Source: Eledone cirrhosa (lineage: Eukaryota). From it: DNA of 64,000 bases. A model generated the notes under the pieces. That model saw nothing but the letters and a program-made list of their open reading frames with translations. It ran no database searches and had not been told where the DNA came from. Made by a program: the position numbers and the translations under genes. The stretch spans positions 323,082,001-323,146,000 of the forward strand of contig OZ024741.1 in NCBI GenBank assembly GCA_964016885.1, written 5' to 3'. Shown piece by piece: positions 24,585 to 37,846 of this stretch (the stretch's first letter is position 1; each line of letters begins with the position of its first letter).

Positions 24585-26682
24585 TTACCGTACTTCTCGT
24601 AGAGGAGGGATGGTTTTTACATCCCTTTTCACTTGATCGTCTGGTGAAGGGACCGTTGAATCGTCCCTTCGGCTGGTCGTCGGCTCTTCTATGAGAATGT
24701 CTGAATATACTCTTCGATTGATAGTTCCTCCTAGGTCCCTGAAATCACCAACTGCGTTGGGGAATTTCATTTTAATGTTTGTGTATTGTTTCTGTGCTAT
24801 TTTTAGCAGTCTTATGTTAGTTGGCGTTTTGATTGGTGCTGGTATTATGTAGTCGTGTTGTGAAATGTCTGTGTGTTCAATTATGTAAGTCATTAGTTTC
24901 TTGTTGTGTGTATTTATTGCCGTGCATTTGTTTTTCTGGGGGTGGGGTGTGGTTCTGCTATTTTCTTGTCGTTGTTGCTGGGTGTGTGTGTTTTGTTGTG
25001 TTTGCGATGTTGGTGCTTGTGGTGGTGGTGTTGGAGGTGTTGTTGGCGGTGGGGTTGTCGCTGGTGGTGATGGTGGTGCTAGTGTGGGTGGTGATGGTGT
25101 TGGTGGTGTTGCTGCTGTGGGTCTCTTTGCAGTAGACTTTACCCTTTTCTCATTTCTTTCCTCCCTTTTCAAAGGCGACGATGCGCTGCTTCTGCGTTTG
25201 TGCCATCTTACGACCTTTTGCCATCCCTCTCCCACCTCACACTCCATGTCTGATTCTGTGAGGTCGGGGAGGGGTACCAGCTCCACTCTTTCACTTGTTG
25301 TTGTTGGTGATGTTTGCACTGGAGTCTCTGTTGCAGCTGCATTTGGTATTGCTGTTGTTGTTGTTAATATTTCCACTGCTGCTGCTGTTTTTGATTTCCG
25401 TGGCGTGGGTATGGGTGCCACGGACCTATCGTTCCTGGTTGCCGCTTGTCCTGTTCCTGGTAGCCGTGGAGCCGGTTTCGGAAGGAGGGGGGTTTTCTCC
25501 TTTCTCAGGGTCTTCTCGTTGCAGAAGGCCCTGAGGTGTGTCTTCGATCCACAGCGAAAGCATTTCGGGCGTTTTCCCTCAACACTTATGGGCAGTTGAG
25601 TGCCGTTATCGAAGTCTATCACATCCGGGATAGCTTCGATGCACTCCTGGTTGGTTTGGATTAGCATCTCAATGAAGGTGCCGACCAATCTTCTCTTACT
25701 TGTTTCTGTACTTGCAGTACAGTTGTTTTGTCCTCGATTCCGACGCGGACAGACGCGGCCAGCCAAGAAGGGGCCATCCCGGGGGGGACGTGGGTCAATT
25801 TGACCCTCACAATTTTTTGCCCGCTGTAGGAGGGCACCAACACCATTTCCTCGCTCCTTAGGGTCACTACGGATTGGGCCTTTGCCTCCTGGGGTGTGGC
25901 AAAAAGTACGTCTACGGTGGCATATTTTTTGTCTCGGGTGATGTGCGTTTTCCGCTGCCACACAGACCCCAAGGCTTTTTGCATTTGAGCCTCTGTGGCT
26001 CTTTCCACCCTACGGGATGTTGTACTTACTGTACGGTACGTGACCGTACAGTGCTGTTGGGTTTCGAAAATGTTTCCGCTGCCTTGCAGATTGCTCGGTG
26101 TCCAGTCTTTGTCACCATCTTCTTCGCTTCCTCTAATTCCTCATTTGTTATGAGGATTGTTTCCAAGTTTTTCGCAATACCTGCAAATGAGATTGGTTTT
26201 TCTTTGCTGCTGTTGTTGTTGTTGTCGTCAGAGCTGCTGTTACTTTTGTTGTTGCTGCAGGTACTACGACTACTGCCTCCGTCGCTGTTGCTGTGGTTGT
26301 TGTTGGTGTTGCTACTGATAATGCTGTTGTTGTTTATGCTGCTGGTGATGCTGTTGCGGCTGCTACTGTTGTTTTCATTGTCACTGTTGCTGTTGTTATT
26401 ACGGCTGCTACTGCTATTATTCCTGACGTCAGACGAATGAACTGGGTTTTCGTATTTCCCGCACACCTGTTTCGTCGCTGTTGTCGTCGTCGTGGAGAAA
26501 CCTTGCACGCTTTGCACGAGACTTTTCTTTTCTTTCGTCGCTTGCGAAAGAGAAGGGAGCGAGAGAGACACATTTAAAGAAGGGAGGGAGAGAGACAATC
26601 TTCTCTCTGATGTAGTGATGATTGAGGAAGAAGAAGACGGAATGAGTGGGAGTGACCTATGAAATTTCTTTTTCGTAGCCAT
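24585..26682 (-). pseudogene. ORF1 (N/S-rich N-terminus, CCHC knuckle, P/T-rich tail), split over three frames
   Basis: PKCFRCGSKTHLRAFC; position upstream of ORF2; ORFs 26026..26721, 25661..26008, 24585..25961. Confidence 0.8.
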
Positions 26683-26901
26683 GTTGTTTTTTTTTTTGTT
26701 TAAAATAAATATTGGGTACAAAACCCCAATAAGCAGTTATTTAACCCCGAAGGGCCAAATAACGGGCAGAAAGACCCCTCTCACGAGGAGGAGGGTGTTT
26801 TTGTCTACAAGTTCGTTAAAGTTTTAAACAATTTAAAATTGTTATAGTGTTCAAAATTTACAATACCTTACAGAGCCGAGCCTCCGTCAACCATAGCATT
26901 C

Positions 26902-26943
<42 letters not shown>

Positions 26944-26944
<1 letters not shown>

Positions 26945-29900
26945 TTTTCTTTATTAACCACAAGGGTTTACATAAAGTAGACATTAAGGACAGTACAGTA
27001 CAATACAGGACGGTACAAATGGGCATTTCTGCGTGTAAAAAACAGAGGATGAAATAAAATAACAAAGAAAAATTCCCCAATAGGGGGGAGACTTCCGAGG
27101 GACATTTGTGGAGAAAGCCCATTAAAAGACTACAGTGACCCTGACCACCAGGGCAAGTGCCCTCTCCCAGTTTTCCACCCTTAATTTACAGACACATACT
27201 CAGAGAAGGCCCATTCATTCGGGCCATACTTGCTTCTCTCACCCATCTTTCAGCAAAAAGCTGGGAAGAGAGCATTTCCCTCTCTACCCTGCTTTTCCTT
27301 TTCAAATGAAATTTGAAAAAGTTAATCAGGGCATCACCGAAGAGGTAAGTGCTCGTCTTCAGCCCTTTCAAACGTGTCCACCATACTATCTCTTTCGCCA
27401 TAGCCACCAGACAGATAAAAACTGCCTGCCCTTCCCGGCTAAAGGAAGGGGGCGGGGCAATCCTCACGATGGACTCAGCTGATAGCTGGATCCGTCCTAC
27501 ACGTGACAGCAGGTGTTCGACATAAACCCACAAGTCAGCAATGCTCGGACACTGGACGAGTGCGTGCAGGACGGTTTCGTCGCCCTGCGCGCATCTCGGA
27601 CATGCCCGGCTGACGGCACCTCCATGCCTGTAGAGTTTATCCCGAACTGGCAAAGCTCCCCGGTAGCACTGCCAGGCCAGGGATTTCTGAAAGTTGTCCA
27701 TAGGCCCCGGCCCGAAAGTCCTTCCGAAGAGATTGGCTAGTTGATTTTCGTCGACGCCTAGAGTTTCTCCAAGTACGTCGTCGCTCTTCCCCTCCACTAA
27801 TCCCCTATAGAACGCCAAGGTGGAGTTTCCACCGATCACATTGCCCGATTGGTCGAGGGCTGTGAGCGCCTGAAGACATTCCAGTCTCCAAGCGCTCCCT
27901 CTCGGTCTTCGCTTGACCCACGACTGCAGCTCCGTCAAGGAGACGAGCTGGGGAAAAACGTGTCTAGCAAACGGCGACCACACCTGATCACCGTCGAGGA
28001 AGAGGTGGAGATGTCGTAGCCTGAGCGCGTGTCTGCGCATCATCAGCCACGGCATGCCCAGCCCTCCACGTAGCGGGTGTTGAAAGCAGATGGACCGCCT
28101 GACCATCGGAGCGCGTCCCTTCCACAAGAAGCGAAAGAGCAAACGCTCCAGCGCAGTCAGGCGGGGCTTAGGACAAGGTACGACGGTCAGGCGGTAGTAG
28201 ATGACGGACGCGATGTACGCGTTAGCCACCTCCGCTCGACCTTTCAGGGATAGCTTCCTCTCGGCCCATTTTTGGGTGAGAGAAGCCACCCTGCTCGTCA
28301 CCTCGTCCCAGTTTTTGTACGTCTGGAGGTCTGGACCGAACCAGACCCCTAGCAATTTAACCGGTCCGTCCGTCCAGCGCCCGACGACGCTGTTGGACGG
28401 CATGGACCTGCCTCTCCAGGTGCCGAGCTGCAGGCCCACTGACTTTTCCTGGTTGATCATTGCTCCTGTCACCGCTTCGTATTCTCTTAGTGTAGTGCCG
28501 ATCGCCTCGATGTGTTTGGCGTTCGACACCACTACGGTGACATCGTCCGCATATGCTGACACGGATCTTCCGCATCCTAGTTCGCGCGGGACCCCCCTCA
28601 ACGTCTCCAGTTTGTGCAGTAATAGCTCGAGAGTCAATACGTACAAGAGGGACAAGAGGAGACATCCTTGGCGGACCGAGCGCATGATGTTGAACGGTTC
28701 CGACAGGTGACCGTTCACTCTCACTACAGAGCAGATGTTGCTGTGCATGGCAGCGATCCAGCCTCTGAAGACGGGCCCAAAGCCAGCCGCCCTCAGGACT
28801 GCCGCTAGGTAACGATGGTCGACCCTATCGAAGGCTTTCGACTGATCTAAATTGATCAAAGACCCACCCGTGCCAGGTTCCCTAGCTACCCTCTCTACGA
28901 TGTATCGCATGAGGTGGAGGTTGTCGTGGATGGATCTGTCGGGAATGGCGCATGTCTGTGCTTCTCCCACCAGACCACCAACGACAAGCGCCAACCTCTT
29001 TGCTAGCACCTTGGCCAAAATCTTGAACTCTGTGTTTAGCAGAGTTATGGGCCTAAAATTATCTATGTTATCCCCCGTTCTGTTGCCAGTTGCAGTAGAC
29101 GTCCGCCAAGAGGCCTCCGAACAAGTCTGGCATTTGTACGTAAAGTTCATAGGGCAGACCATCCAAACCAGGCGATTTACCCCTTGTGCAACTAGTCATT
29201 GCATCCCGTACTTCAGCGGTTGTTATCGGCTTTTCGCAACACTCCGCCTCAGTGGTCGAAAGCCGCGGCAGTCCGTCGAGGTAGACAATAAAGTCCATCC
29301 CTCGATCCGGCCCGCCACTGCCCCCGAACAGTTGAGCGAAGTGTCGCTGAAAAGCTTCACACATTTGCCCGGGATCGAGTAGCATGCGCCCGTCGTGGTC
29401 CATCAAAGACCGGATCGTGGCTTTGTTGCCACGACGCGCCTCCGCCACTCGGGCCCATTGAACGGCTTTCGTCCCCTCGTGTCTGAGAGCACGCACCCTA
29501 GCTCTGACAACACAGCCTTCGTGCTTTGCATTGAAGAATTGGTCAAGGGCCAATTTCGCCGCAAGTACGTCGGTCGTGATGCCTTTGCTAAGCGCCTCGT
29601 CTAATTTTCTAACTAGTTCTCCCTCTGCTCTATTTTTCTCTATTGCTAAAGCCTTACTAAACCTAATTGCTCTTTTCAGAGCAAACCACCACTTGTTGTT
29701 GACGATGACCCCCGTCAACGCCCGCTTAACTAGTTCGCTAATCCGGTCTCTGTAGGCCTTGCGCGCTGGTAAGGGCGCGTTTAGCTTCCAGTAGCCGGGT
29801 CCTCATCTATGAAGCCTATCTCAGTCAAGCACACAGATCACGAATTTGTGGTCCGTGTAGCTGACTATCTTGAATTGTGGACAGCCTATGCTAGACCTAT

Positions 29901-32680
29901 CTATTTCCCTACAAAATACTCTATCTAGATATGATCTGGATGACCCTATGCGATTTGTCCAACTCCACATTGGTACATTCGGGAAATCCATTCGGTACCT
30001 GTCAGACAGTTCAAAACGCCTGAGCAGGTTGGTGAGACTCTTGCACCCTCCTTCCCTATCCACTAATCCCACACAATCCCAGCGTGCATCTAAGATCCCG
30101 TTCCAGTCGCCCACTAACACTAAAGAGCGGGACGTTCCAAGAAAGTTCTCCAGACGCCGGAAGAAATCAGGCCGCCCTGCTCCTGTCGGGGCATAGACGG
30201 CCACTAACCTGAAAGCTTGCCCTTCTCCGCTGGTCACGTCCAGCACCACCAACTTACCTTCTGGGTCCAGGAAGATGGCCCGTATGGCAAGATCCAAACC
30301 TCTCCGAAAAAGCACAGTAACTCCTCCCCCAGATCCAGGACGGCTGGGAGATGCGTACACATCGTAGCCGCCGAAGATTGGTGCGAAGGCCCGTGCTTCG
30401 GAGATTCTGGTCTCGCTGATGGCCACTACATCTATGTTTAGTGACCTGAGGTCGTTGAGCAGGTGGCCCTGCTTCCATGACGACCCCAAGCCACGCGCAT
30501 TTATGCTGCCTATTCTGAGTGAGGTCATGTTGAAAAGGAGTGGAAAAGATGGGAAAGACCACTTACATTACTTCTCGTAGGGGAAGGACGGTTTTTCCAT
30601 CCTTTTCACTGCTTATAAATCCTCCTGGAGAGTGCTTGTCAGAAGTCTCCGATGTCTTTGGGGAATTTTTGTTTTAGTGTCATGTACGTTTTCTGTGTGA
30701 TGCGAGTGATTTGTATGTGTGGAGGTGGTGTGAATTTTTGGGTTGTTGTGTAGTCTTTTTCTGTGATGCTGGTGTTGTGTTGGATGTAGTGTAATAATTG
30801 CTTGTTGTTCAAATTTAATGCTGTGTAGTGTGTATCGTTTTGGTTGTTTTATTTTGTTTGCGTTTGTTGTGGGTTTGTTTCTGTTTCGCATGTTGGTGAC
30901 TTTTGTGGTGTAGGTGATGGTGGTGTTGGTGTTTGGGTTGATGGGGTTGGTGATGCTGGTGTGGATGGTGGCATATCTGTCCTAACTTTTTTTGTTTGTT
31001 AATTTATTTGTTTCCCTCTGTATTTTGTTTTTTGGAGGGAGAAGGAAGAGAATTTTTTCTTTTTTGGTTTCTTTTTTTTTTCCTGATACCGTTTCCCACT
31101 CCTCGTCGTCACAATCTGTCTCCAGTTGTGATAGGCCGGGGAGTGGAAAATCCTCCACAGGCGTTAGTTTTGGTTGTGGCGTGGTGGAATGTGTAGACGC
31201 TGGTGCTAGTTCTGGCGCGTTGGGTGGTGGTGGTGTTGGTTTTGCTACTGTTGCTGGGGTTGTTGCTGTTACAGTTGCTTCTGTTGTTGCTGCTACAATT
31301 GTTGCTGCCATTTCTGCTGTTGGTGGTGTTGATGGTTGAGTCACTGGGGTGGGTAAGAGAGGTGGCCTCAACCTTTTAGCCTGAGGCCAGAAAGCCCTTA
31401 GGTGGGTTCCATCACCACAAACGACACACCTAGGTCTTCTGCCCTCGACGATTACGGTGAGGTGGCTGCCGTCAGTGAGGTCTATTACCTCTGGGATCTC
31501 CTAAATGTTTTTATGGTCCGCTTCGATCAGGAGCTCCATCCCAGATCCGGACCAGTTCTCCTGCTTTTCTTTTGCTATTTCTATAATTTTGGTGTTGGCC
31601 TCGATGCCGGCGAGGACGGCAGCCATTAGCCAGGGAATTTCGATGGCCGGTGGAACGTGGGTCACCCTGATCTTTACGAGTCTCTGGCCACAATAGCTTG
31701 GGACGAGTGTGAAGTCGTCACTTCTTAATGGGGCCATGGAGTGTTCTCTGGCTTCCTGTGGTGTTTCAAAGAACACGTCCACGGTTCCATACTTCTGCCC
31801 ACGTCTGATGTGGGGTTTTTTGCCCATACATGTCCCAAAGCTTTTTGGATTTGGGACTCGGATGCCCGTTCCACTCGGCGCGTTTTTATGTTAATTGTCC
31901 GATAAGACACGGTGCATAGGCGACGTTGCTCCATTTTATTAGGTTGGGGGGGGTGACGCTGACCCTGTACCCATCTTTCTTTACCATTCCTTTGGCTTCT
32001 TCTAATTCCTCCTGAGTTACCTGGATCGCTTCGCACGTTTTTGCTACTCTGGCAAAACTCAGGGTAGTTTTCTTAATTTCATTGTTGCTGTTGTTGTTAT
32101 CGTTATTTTTGCTATTGTTAATTTTAGTTTCAGTTGTGGTGGTGGTGGAGTCAGTGGTGTTCGGTGTGGAAGAGTTCATTTTGGTTGAATTAATTTCGAT
32201 ATTACGAGTTAATTTATTTTTTTCTTTTGTTTCTGTTGTCGCTGTGATAGTGGTGGGGTGCTGGTTGTCGCGGTGGTGGTGGTGGTGGCGGCTTTAACAC
32301 CTGCACTCATTGGTAATGGCGGGAAATGAACGTCTGCCTGAGACAAATTTAAAATATTGGTACTGCTTACATTTCCAGTGTTGGCAAACGTAGCAATATT
32401 TACAATGGTGGTGTCGGTGTGAGGTGTTAGAGTGTGAGGAAGGAGTGACTCTGAGACATCAATGATTTATCAAAGAAAAATTTTTGTTTGATAATTATAA
32501 AAAGTTTAAATTTTGGGCTCAAGGCCCCAATATTTTTTAGTGTCCTTTTCAGAAATCAATGTATGTGCACTTATATACAGTTAACAATAAAAAAAATTTC
32601 CATAAATGGCAATTTTAAACAACTGAAAATAACAAACCTTTGCGGAGCTCACGATGATACGATTTACTACGTAGGTCGCC
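26944..32680 (-). mobile_element. Tx1-like copy 2 (ORF2 near-identical to copy 1, divergent ORF1 and 5' UTR)
   Basis: ORFs 27186..29162 (SAYADD), 29068..29718, 29821..30528; ORF1 pieces 30982-32179; (TAA)n at both ends. Confidence 0.88.
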
Positions 32681-32712
<32 letters not shown>

Positions 32713-32715
<3 letters not shown>

Positions 32716-33691
32716 TGATTTCATTTATTAACCACAAGGGCCGACATGTAGGGGACAACACAAAGACAGGGACTGTGGGGGTTTACACTAAGGTCGAGTA
32801 AAAGTGCACAATGGCAAGACTAATTTAACAATGAAAATATAAAAATATAAAATAAACTATGCATAAATATAACAAAATAAATTCCCCGATAGGGGGTGGA
32901 CGACCATGGGGTGATTCGGGTACCCCACCAATCCTGAACCAGCCTGCGCTTCTAGGGCACCCAGGTAGAGCACACCTCTCCTCAAGTTAGCCAGCCTATA
33001 GGTGCATGGTCAGAGTAGGCCCATTCACACGAGCTATTCTCGCCACGTTCACCCAACTTTTAGCAAATGTACTGAGGGCAACACTTCTCTCTCCACCCTC
33101 ACCTTCCTTTCCAGGTGAAACTTGAAGAAGTTGATGAGGGATTGGCCGAAGAGAAAAGTATCTGTCTTCAGTCCTTTTAACCTGGTCCACCATATAACCT
33201 CTTTCGCAACTGCCACCAGACAGAGGAAAATTTCCTGCTCTTCCTGACCTAAGGAAGGCGGCGGGTCGATCTTCACTATGGACTCGACCGATAGCCGGAT
33301 TCGTTCCACACGCGACAGTAGCTGTTCGACATAACTCCACAAGTCAGTAATGCACGGATATTGGACAAGTGCGTGCAGAACGGTTTCGTCGTTTTGTGCG
33401 CATCTTGGGCAGGTCCGTCTGACAGCACTTCCGTGCCTGTAGAGTTTATCCCGAACCGGCAGTGACCCCCGGTAGCACTGCCAAGCGAGGGATTTCTGGA
33501 AATTGTCCATCGTCCCCGGTTCAAAAGTCCTCCGGTACAGACAGGTCAGTTCGACTTCGTCGAGGCCCAAAGCTTCTCCGCGTGCGTCATCGCACTTGCC
33601 CACCACTAATCCTCTATAGAACTCGAGAGTGGAAGTTCCACTGATCGCATTGCCCGCTTGGTAGAGGGCAGTGAGTGCCTGGCAACATTCC
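32713..33691 (-). mobile_element. 5'-truncated Tx1-like element, different subfamily
   Basis: MDNFQKSLAWQCYRG..CPRC..ETVLH; different 3' UTR ending gtggttaataaa; (TAA)n at 32681-32712 and 33692-33727. Confidence 0.85.
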
Positions 33692-33692
33692 A

Positions 33693-33727
<35 letters not shown>

Positions 33728-34074
33728 GGGAAGAAAACGCACATGGTGGATATATCGTTATGGAATCGCTCCCGTAAGTTTTTGATTTTTACATATTTAA
33801 AACAACTGTGATAGAATAATTCTTATTACAAATGAAACATAAGATTACAGTTTTTACTCTCAGCAACCGACAACGCATCACATTATGGCATAGGGCCCCA
33901 ATATTTAATTTTGGATCAGAAATGTTATAGTCAAAAAAGAGGAAAATGGCTACGTGGACAGACAGGCAAATAATTTCACCACCAACACCACCACTACACC
34001 AAAAAATCTAGCCAAGTTACTTCAACTTCTATTTCTACTTCAACTTCAACACCATCACTACAGTACTGCGATCA

Positions 34075-34299
34075 CATCACCACCACCACCACTGCCTCAT
34101 TATCGCTACCGCCGCTATTCTCTCCCACTACCTCCTGCTAAGTACTACTAGCACATCACCACCACCACCACTGCCTCATTATCGCTACCGCCGCTATTCT
34201 CTCCCACTACCTCCTGCTAAGTACTACTAGCACATAACCACCACCACCACTGCCTCATTATCCCTACCGCCGCTATTCTCTCCAACTACCTCCTGCTAA
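34075..34299. repeat. About three tandem copies of a 79-bp unit
   Basis: caccaccaccactgcctcattatcgctaccgccgctattctctcccactacctcctgctaag repeated. Confidence 0.9.
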
Positions 34300-34579
34300 G
34301 ACAGAGGTATCGTAGTATTCCCACTAAGTGAGGAAGGCATCAAAATATATAAATAGACTGATTTGATGACCCGGTCAAAAAATCAAAAAATCAAAAATCA
34401 AAATCAAAACAGCACAGCAGCAACGAAAAGCGTAAAGAAAAGAAAAAAAAAGAAAAACAAACAAACAAACAAACAAACAAAAAAACTAAGTCAGACATTC
34501 AAACATTACATTACAATGAAACTTATGCTTATTTTTTTTTAGGTTTTACCTATTTATTTGTTTATTTATTTATGTTCGT

Positions 34580-37500
34580 CTACAGCGTGATAGTGCCACA
34601 CTAAAATCACCGGGGGTGATGAAATCACCGGTGGTTATGTAACCATACATTCACCAATCCTCGATATGAGTGTTTAAATGTCGAACCTAAATAGTTCGAA
34701 TAACGGTGAAGTGGAGACTGGAATGTCATGTGACAGACTCTTACCCAGCAGGTGCTCCCTGGCCCAGCAGCAGGGACCTGGCTGTCATCCAAATACTGCT
34801 GGTGTTCGAGGAAGAAGAAGAAGAAGAAGGAAAGGGACCAGAACCAACTGGACGAAAGAATTGAATAGAACTGTTATGCAATGTTACCTGAAGAGTAACC
34901 CCAAGGAAAAAGGCTATAGGAAACGGATGCATAGCATCTGGAACGAGATTGGTCTATTTAAATTAGATGAACAAAAATTGGCCGGGCAAGCTCGGGTAAT
35001 AAGAACTAATGGGTGGATAAGCGAGCTGGAACTGGAGGAACTCAGCAGAGAGATTAGATTGGAAATGGAGAGTGGAGTATGCCAGGCAAACGAGCCAGTG
35101 GGAGATGAAGGTGAAGAGGTTGAGAGAACGGAGGAAGCATCCGAAGCAGACAATGATCTGAATGCTGAAATAAATAATACCTGGAACAAAGATACGGCCA
35201 TTGAGGAAATGAATGCTGACGGGCTAGGACAAGATTTGGTTGATATCCTAAACTTAGTGGTAGATGAAATGAACAATGATAGTGGGAAACCTATGAACCT
35301 AAGATTTGTAGACAGGAAAAAGTTAAAAGAAACAGAAGCTAAGGTAAACAAAGCCATCACATACCTTGAGGCGAGGAACCTTCACCAGTGCAACAATATC
35401 CTCAAAGCAACAGCAAATGCGGTGAGGAAATTACTTGGCATAAAAGCGAGAGGAAACAACAAACAAGAAAGATCAGAACCTTGGTGGAAGAAACGACTGA
35501 ATGGTCAAATCAGGGAAATGAGAAATGACATTGGAAAGCTTGAGTCCCTACTGAATGGGACACTACAAAATATAGACACTAAGAATAGACTGGAAATAAA
35601 GTACAAAACTAGGAGGAAAAAGCTAAATATTATCATAGAGGAATTGAAGCAACGCATTGTAGCAAAAAGCGCAAAGATTAGGCGATACGAGAGCAGAGTC
35701 AGTCAGTATAGACAGAACCGCATGTTTGACAACAGCCAGAAGATGTTGTTTGGACAGCTTGAAGGGAAAGAAAGAGGCAACGACTTGATCCCTGAGGCGG
35801 AACAAACTAAGACATTCTGGAGAGGAATACGGGAGCAGGATGTTGAACATAATGATCAGGCAGTGTGGATTGAGACAGTACAAAAGGAGATTAGTGAACA
35901 GGCACACCAACAAACTGATTTGAGTATCACAGTTGAAACTCTTAAGGGGCAGGCCAGAAAATTAACCAACTGGAAATCACCAGGCCCAGATGGTGTGCAG
36001 GGGTATTGGATTAAAAATATAACATCCCTCCACCCGAAACTGACAACCATGTTCAATGACTGCTTGATGTCAGGTGAGGTACCAGAGTGGTTGACAAAAG
36101 GTACCACAGTTCTGGTAATGAAAGACCGAACCAAGGGTAATGATGTTACCAACTATAGACCTATCACATGTCTGTCCGTAATGTGGAAACTGTTAATAAG
36201 CATTGTGTCTGAGGAAATCTACCATCACCTCCATATAAACAACTTGTTACCGGACGAACAGAAAGGATGCCGAAAGAAGTCCCGTGGTACAAAGGACCAG
36301 TTACTTATTGATAAGATGGTAATGAAGAATTGCAGGAGGAGACACACTGGTCTTGCCATGGGATGGATAGACTACAAAAAGGCATTCGACATGGTGCCTC
36401 ATTCTTGGATTACCAACAGCCTAGAGATCTTCAGGGTGGCAGATAACATCAGACAGTTGTTGGGCAAAAGTATGAAGTCCTGGAAAACAGAGTTAACATC
36501 GGGCGGAGAATCCTTGGGAGGCGTGAGGATCAAGAGAGGTATCTTCCAGGGAGATAGTTTATCCCCTCTGTTGTTTGTCCTTGCCCTGATCCCTCTGACC
36601 ATTATACTGCGAAAAGTGAGAGCAGGATACAAGTCGGGAAAGGGAGAGCTTTCCATCAATCACCTCCTTTCCATGGACGATCTTAAGCTCTTCGGGAAGA
36701 GTGAGAAGGAGTTGGATGTGCTTGTTGACACTGTCCGTATTTTCAGCAATGATATATGTATGCAATTTGGTATTAGTAAGTGTGGAGTCCTTGTGATGAA
36801 GAGAGGTAAATTGAGCAGAAGCAACGGAATCCATGTACCAACAGGTGAGATGATAAAGGAAATTGATACTGAAGATGGATACAAATATTTAGGTGTTCTG
36901 AAGGCTGATGACATCAAGAACAAAAAAATGAAGGAATTGATAAGATCTGAATACATTCGGAGAGTAAGGAGCGTATTAAAGTCACATCTGAACAATAGGA
37001 ATGCCATAAGTGCAGTAAATTCCTGAGCTGTGTCTATTATTAGGTACAGTGCGGGAATTCTGAGATGGAATGTTGCTGAACAAAAAGAAATGGATAGGAA
37101 GACTAGGAAGCTATTGACTATCTACAACATCTTCCACAAAAGACGTGATGTCGATAGACTCTACTTAAGGAGATCTGAAGGAGGAAGATGTCTTATCAGC
37201 ATAGAGGACTGTGTTCAGATGGAGAAAAACAACCTACACAAATACGTAACTGATAGTAGGGAGCCAGTGCTCAGAATGCAAAGTAAACAATTTACCACAT
37301 TCTGAGAAATGGTATGAGCATAAGCCAGAGTCGGTGATGGAAAACGATCAGGTGAAGTTGCTATGGGATTTTAGGATACAGATGGACAAGAAACTGGAAC
37401 ACAATAGACCTAACCTGGTGGTTTTGGACAAGGGAAAAAGATCGTGCCTGATTGTGGATGTAGCCTGCCCATTCATCACGAGAGTGCAAGAGAAGGAGAG

Positions 37501-37800
37501 GGAGAAAATTAAACGATACCAGGACTTAAAGTGGGAGGTAAAAAGGATTTGGAATTGCCATGAAGTCAAAGTGATCCCGATTGTCATAGGCGCACTAGGG
37601 ACTATCTCAAAGAGTTTCCAAGAATGGTTAAAGAAAGTTAGTCCAGCCCCGCTTTTTGGAACGCTTCAAAAGGCATGCTTGCTGGGAACAGCAAGAACCC
37701 TCCAATACGTCCTGAATATCTGAGGCTGCAGGTAGCGGCTTGATATTCATTTTAACAAACTTTCCAGTTAACTAACATCAATGACTGAGACTCAAAGAAC
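34580..37800 (+). mobile_element. R4/Dong-clade element family 2, (TAA)n tail, with nonsense codon and internal deletion
   Basis: ORF 34678..37026 (WKSPGPD, DYKKAFDMVPH, GIFQGDSLSP, MDDLKL), TGA at 37024, deletion of about 380 bp at about 37277, RLE in 37334..37723. Confidence 0.9.

Positions 37801-37846
<46 letters not shown>

Larger units (their letters stand above)
20883..26902 (-). mobile_element. Tx1-like (L1 group) non-LTR retrotransposon, full-length copy 1
   Basis: ORF1 with CCHC knuckle, ORF2 APE-RT-CCHC; bounded by (TAA)n at 20837-20882 and 26903-26943. Confidence 0.9.

Noticed and set aside
37024-37026. Programmed readthrough of the TGA in Dong family 2
   Set aside because: The sister copy has CGA at the same site (about 37873), so this is a CpG transition
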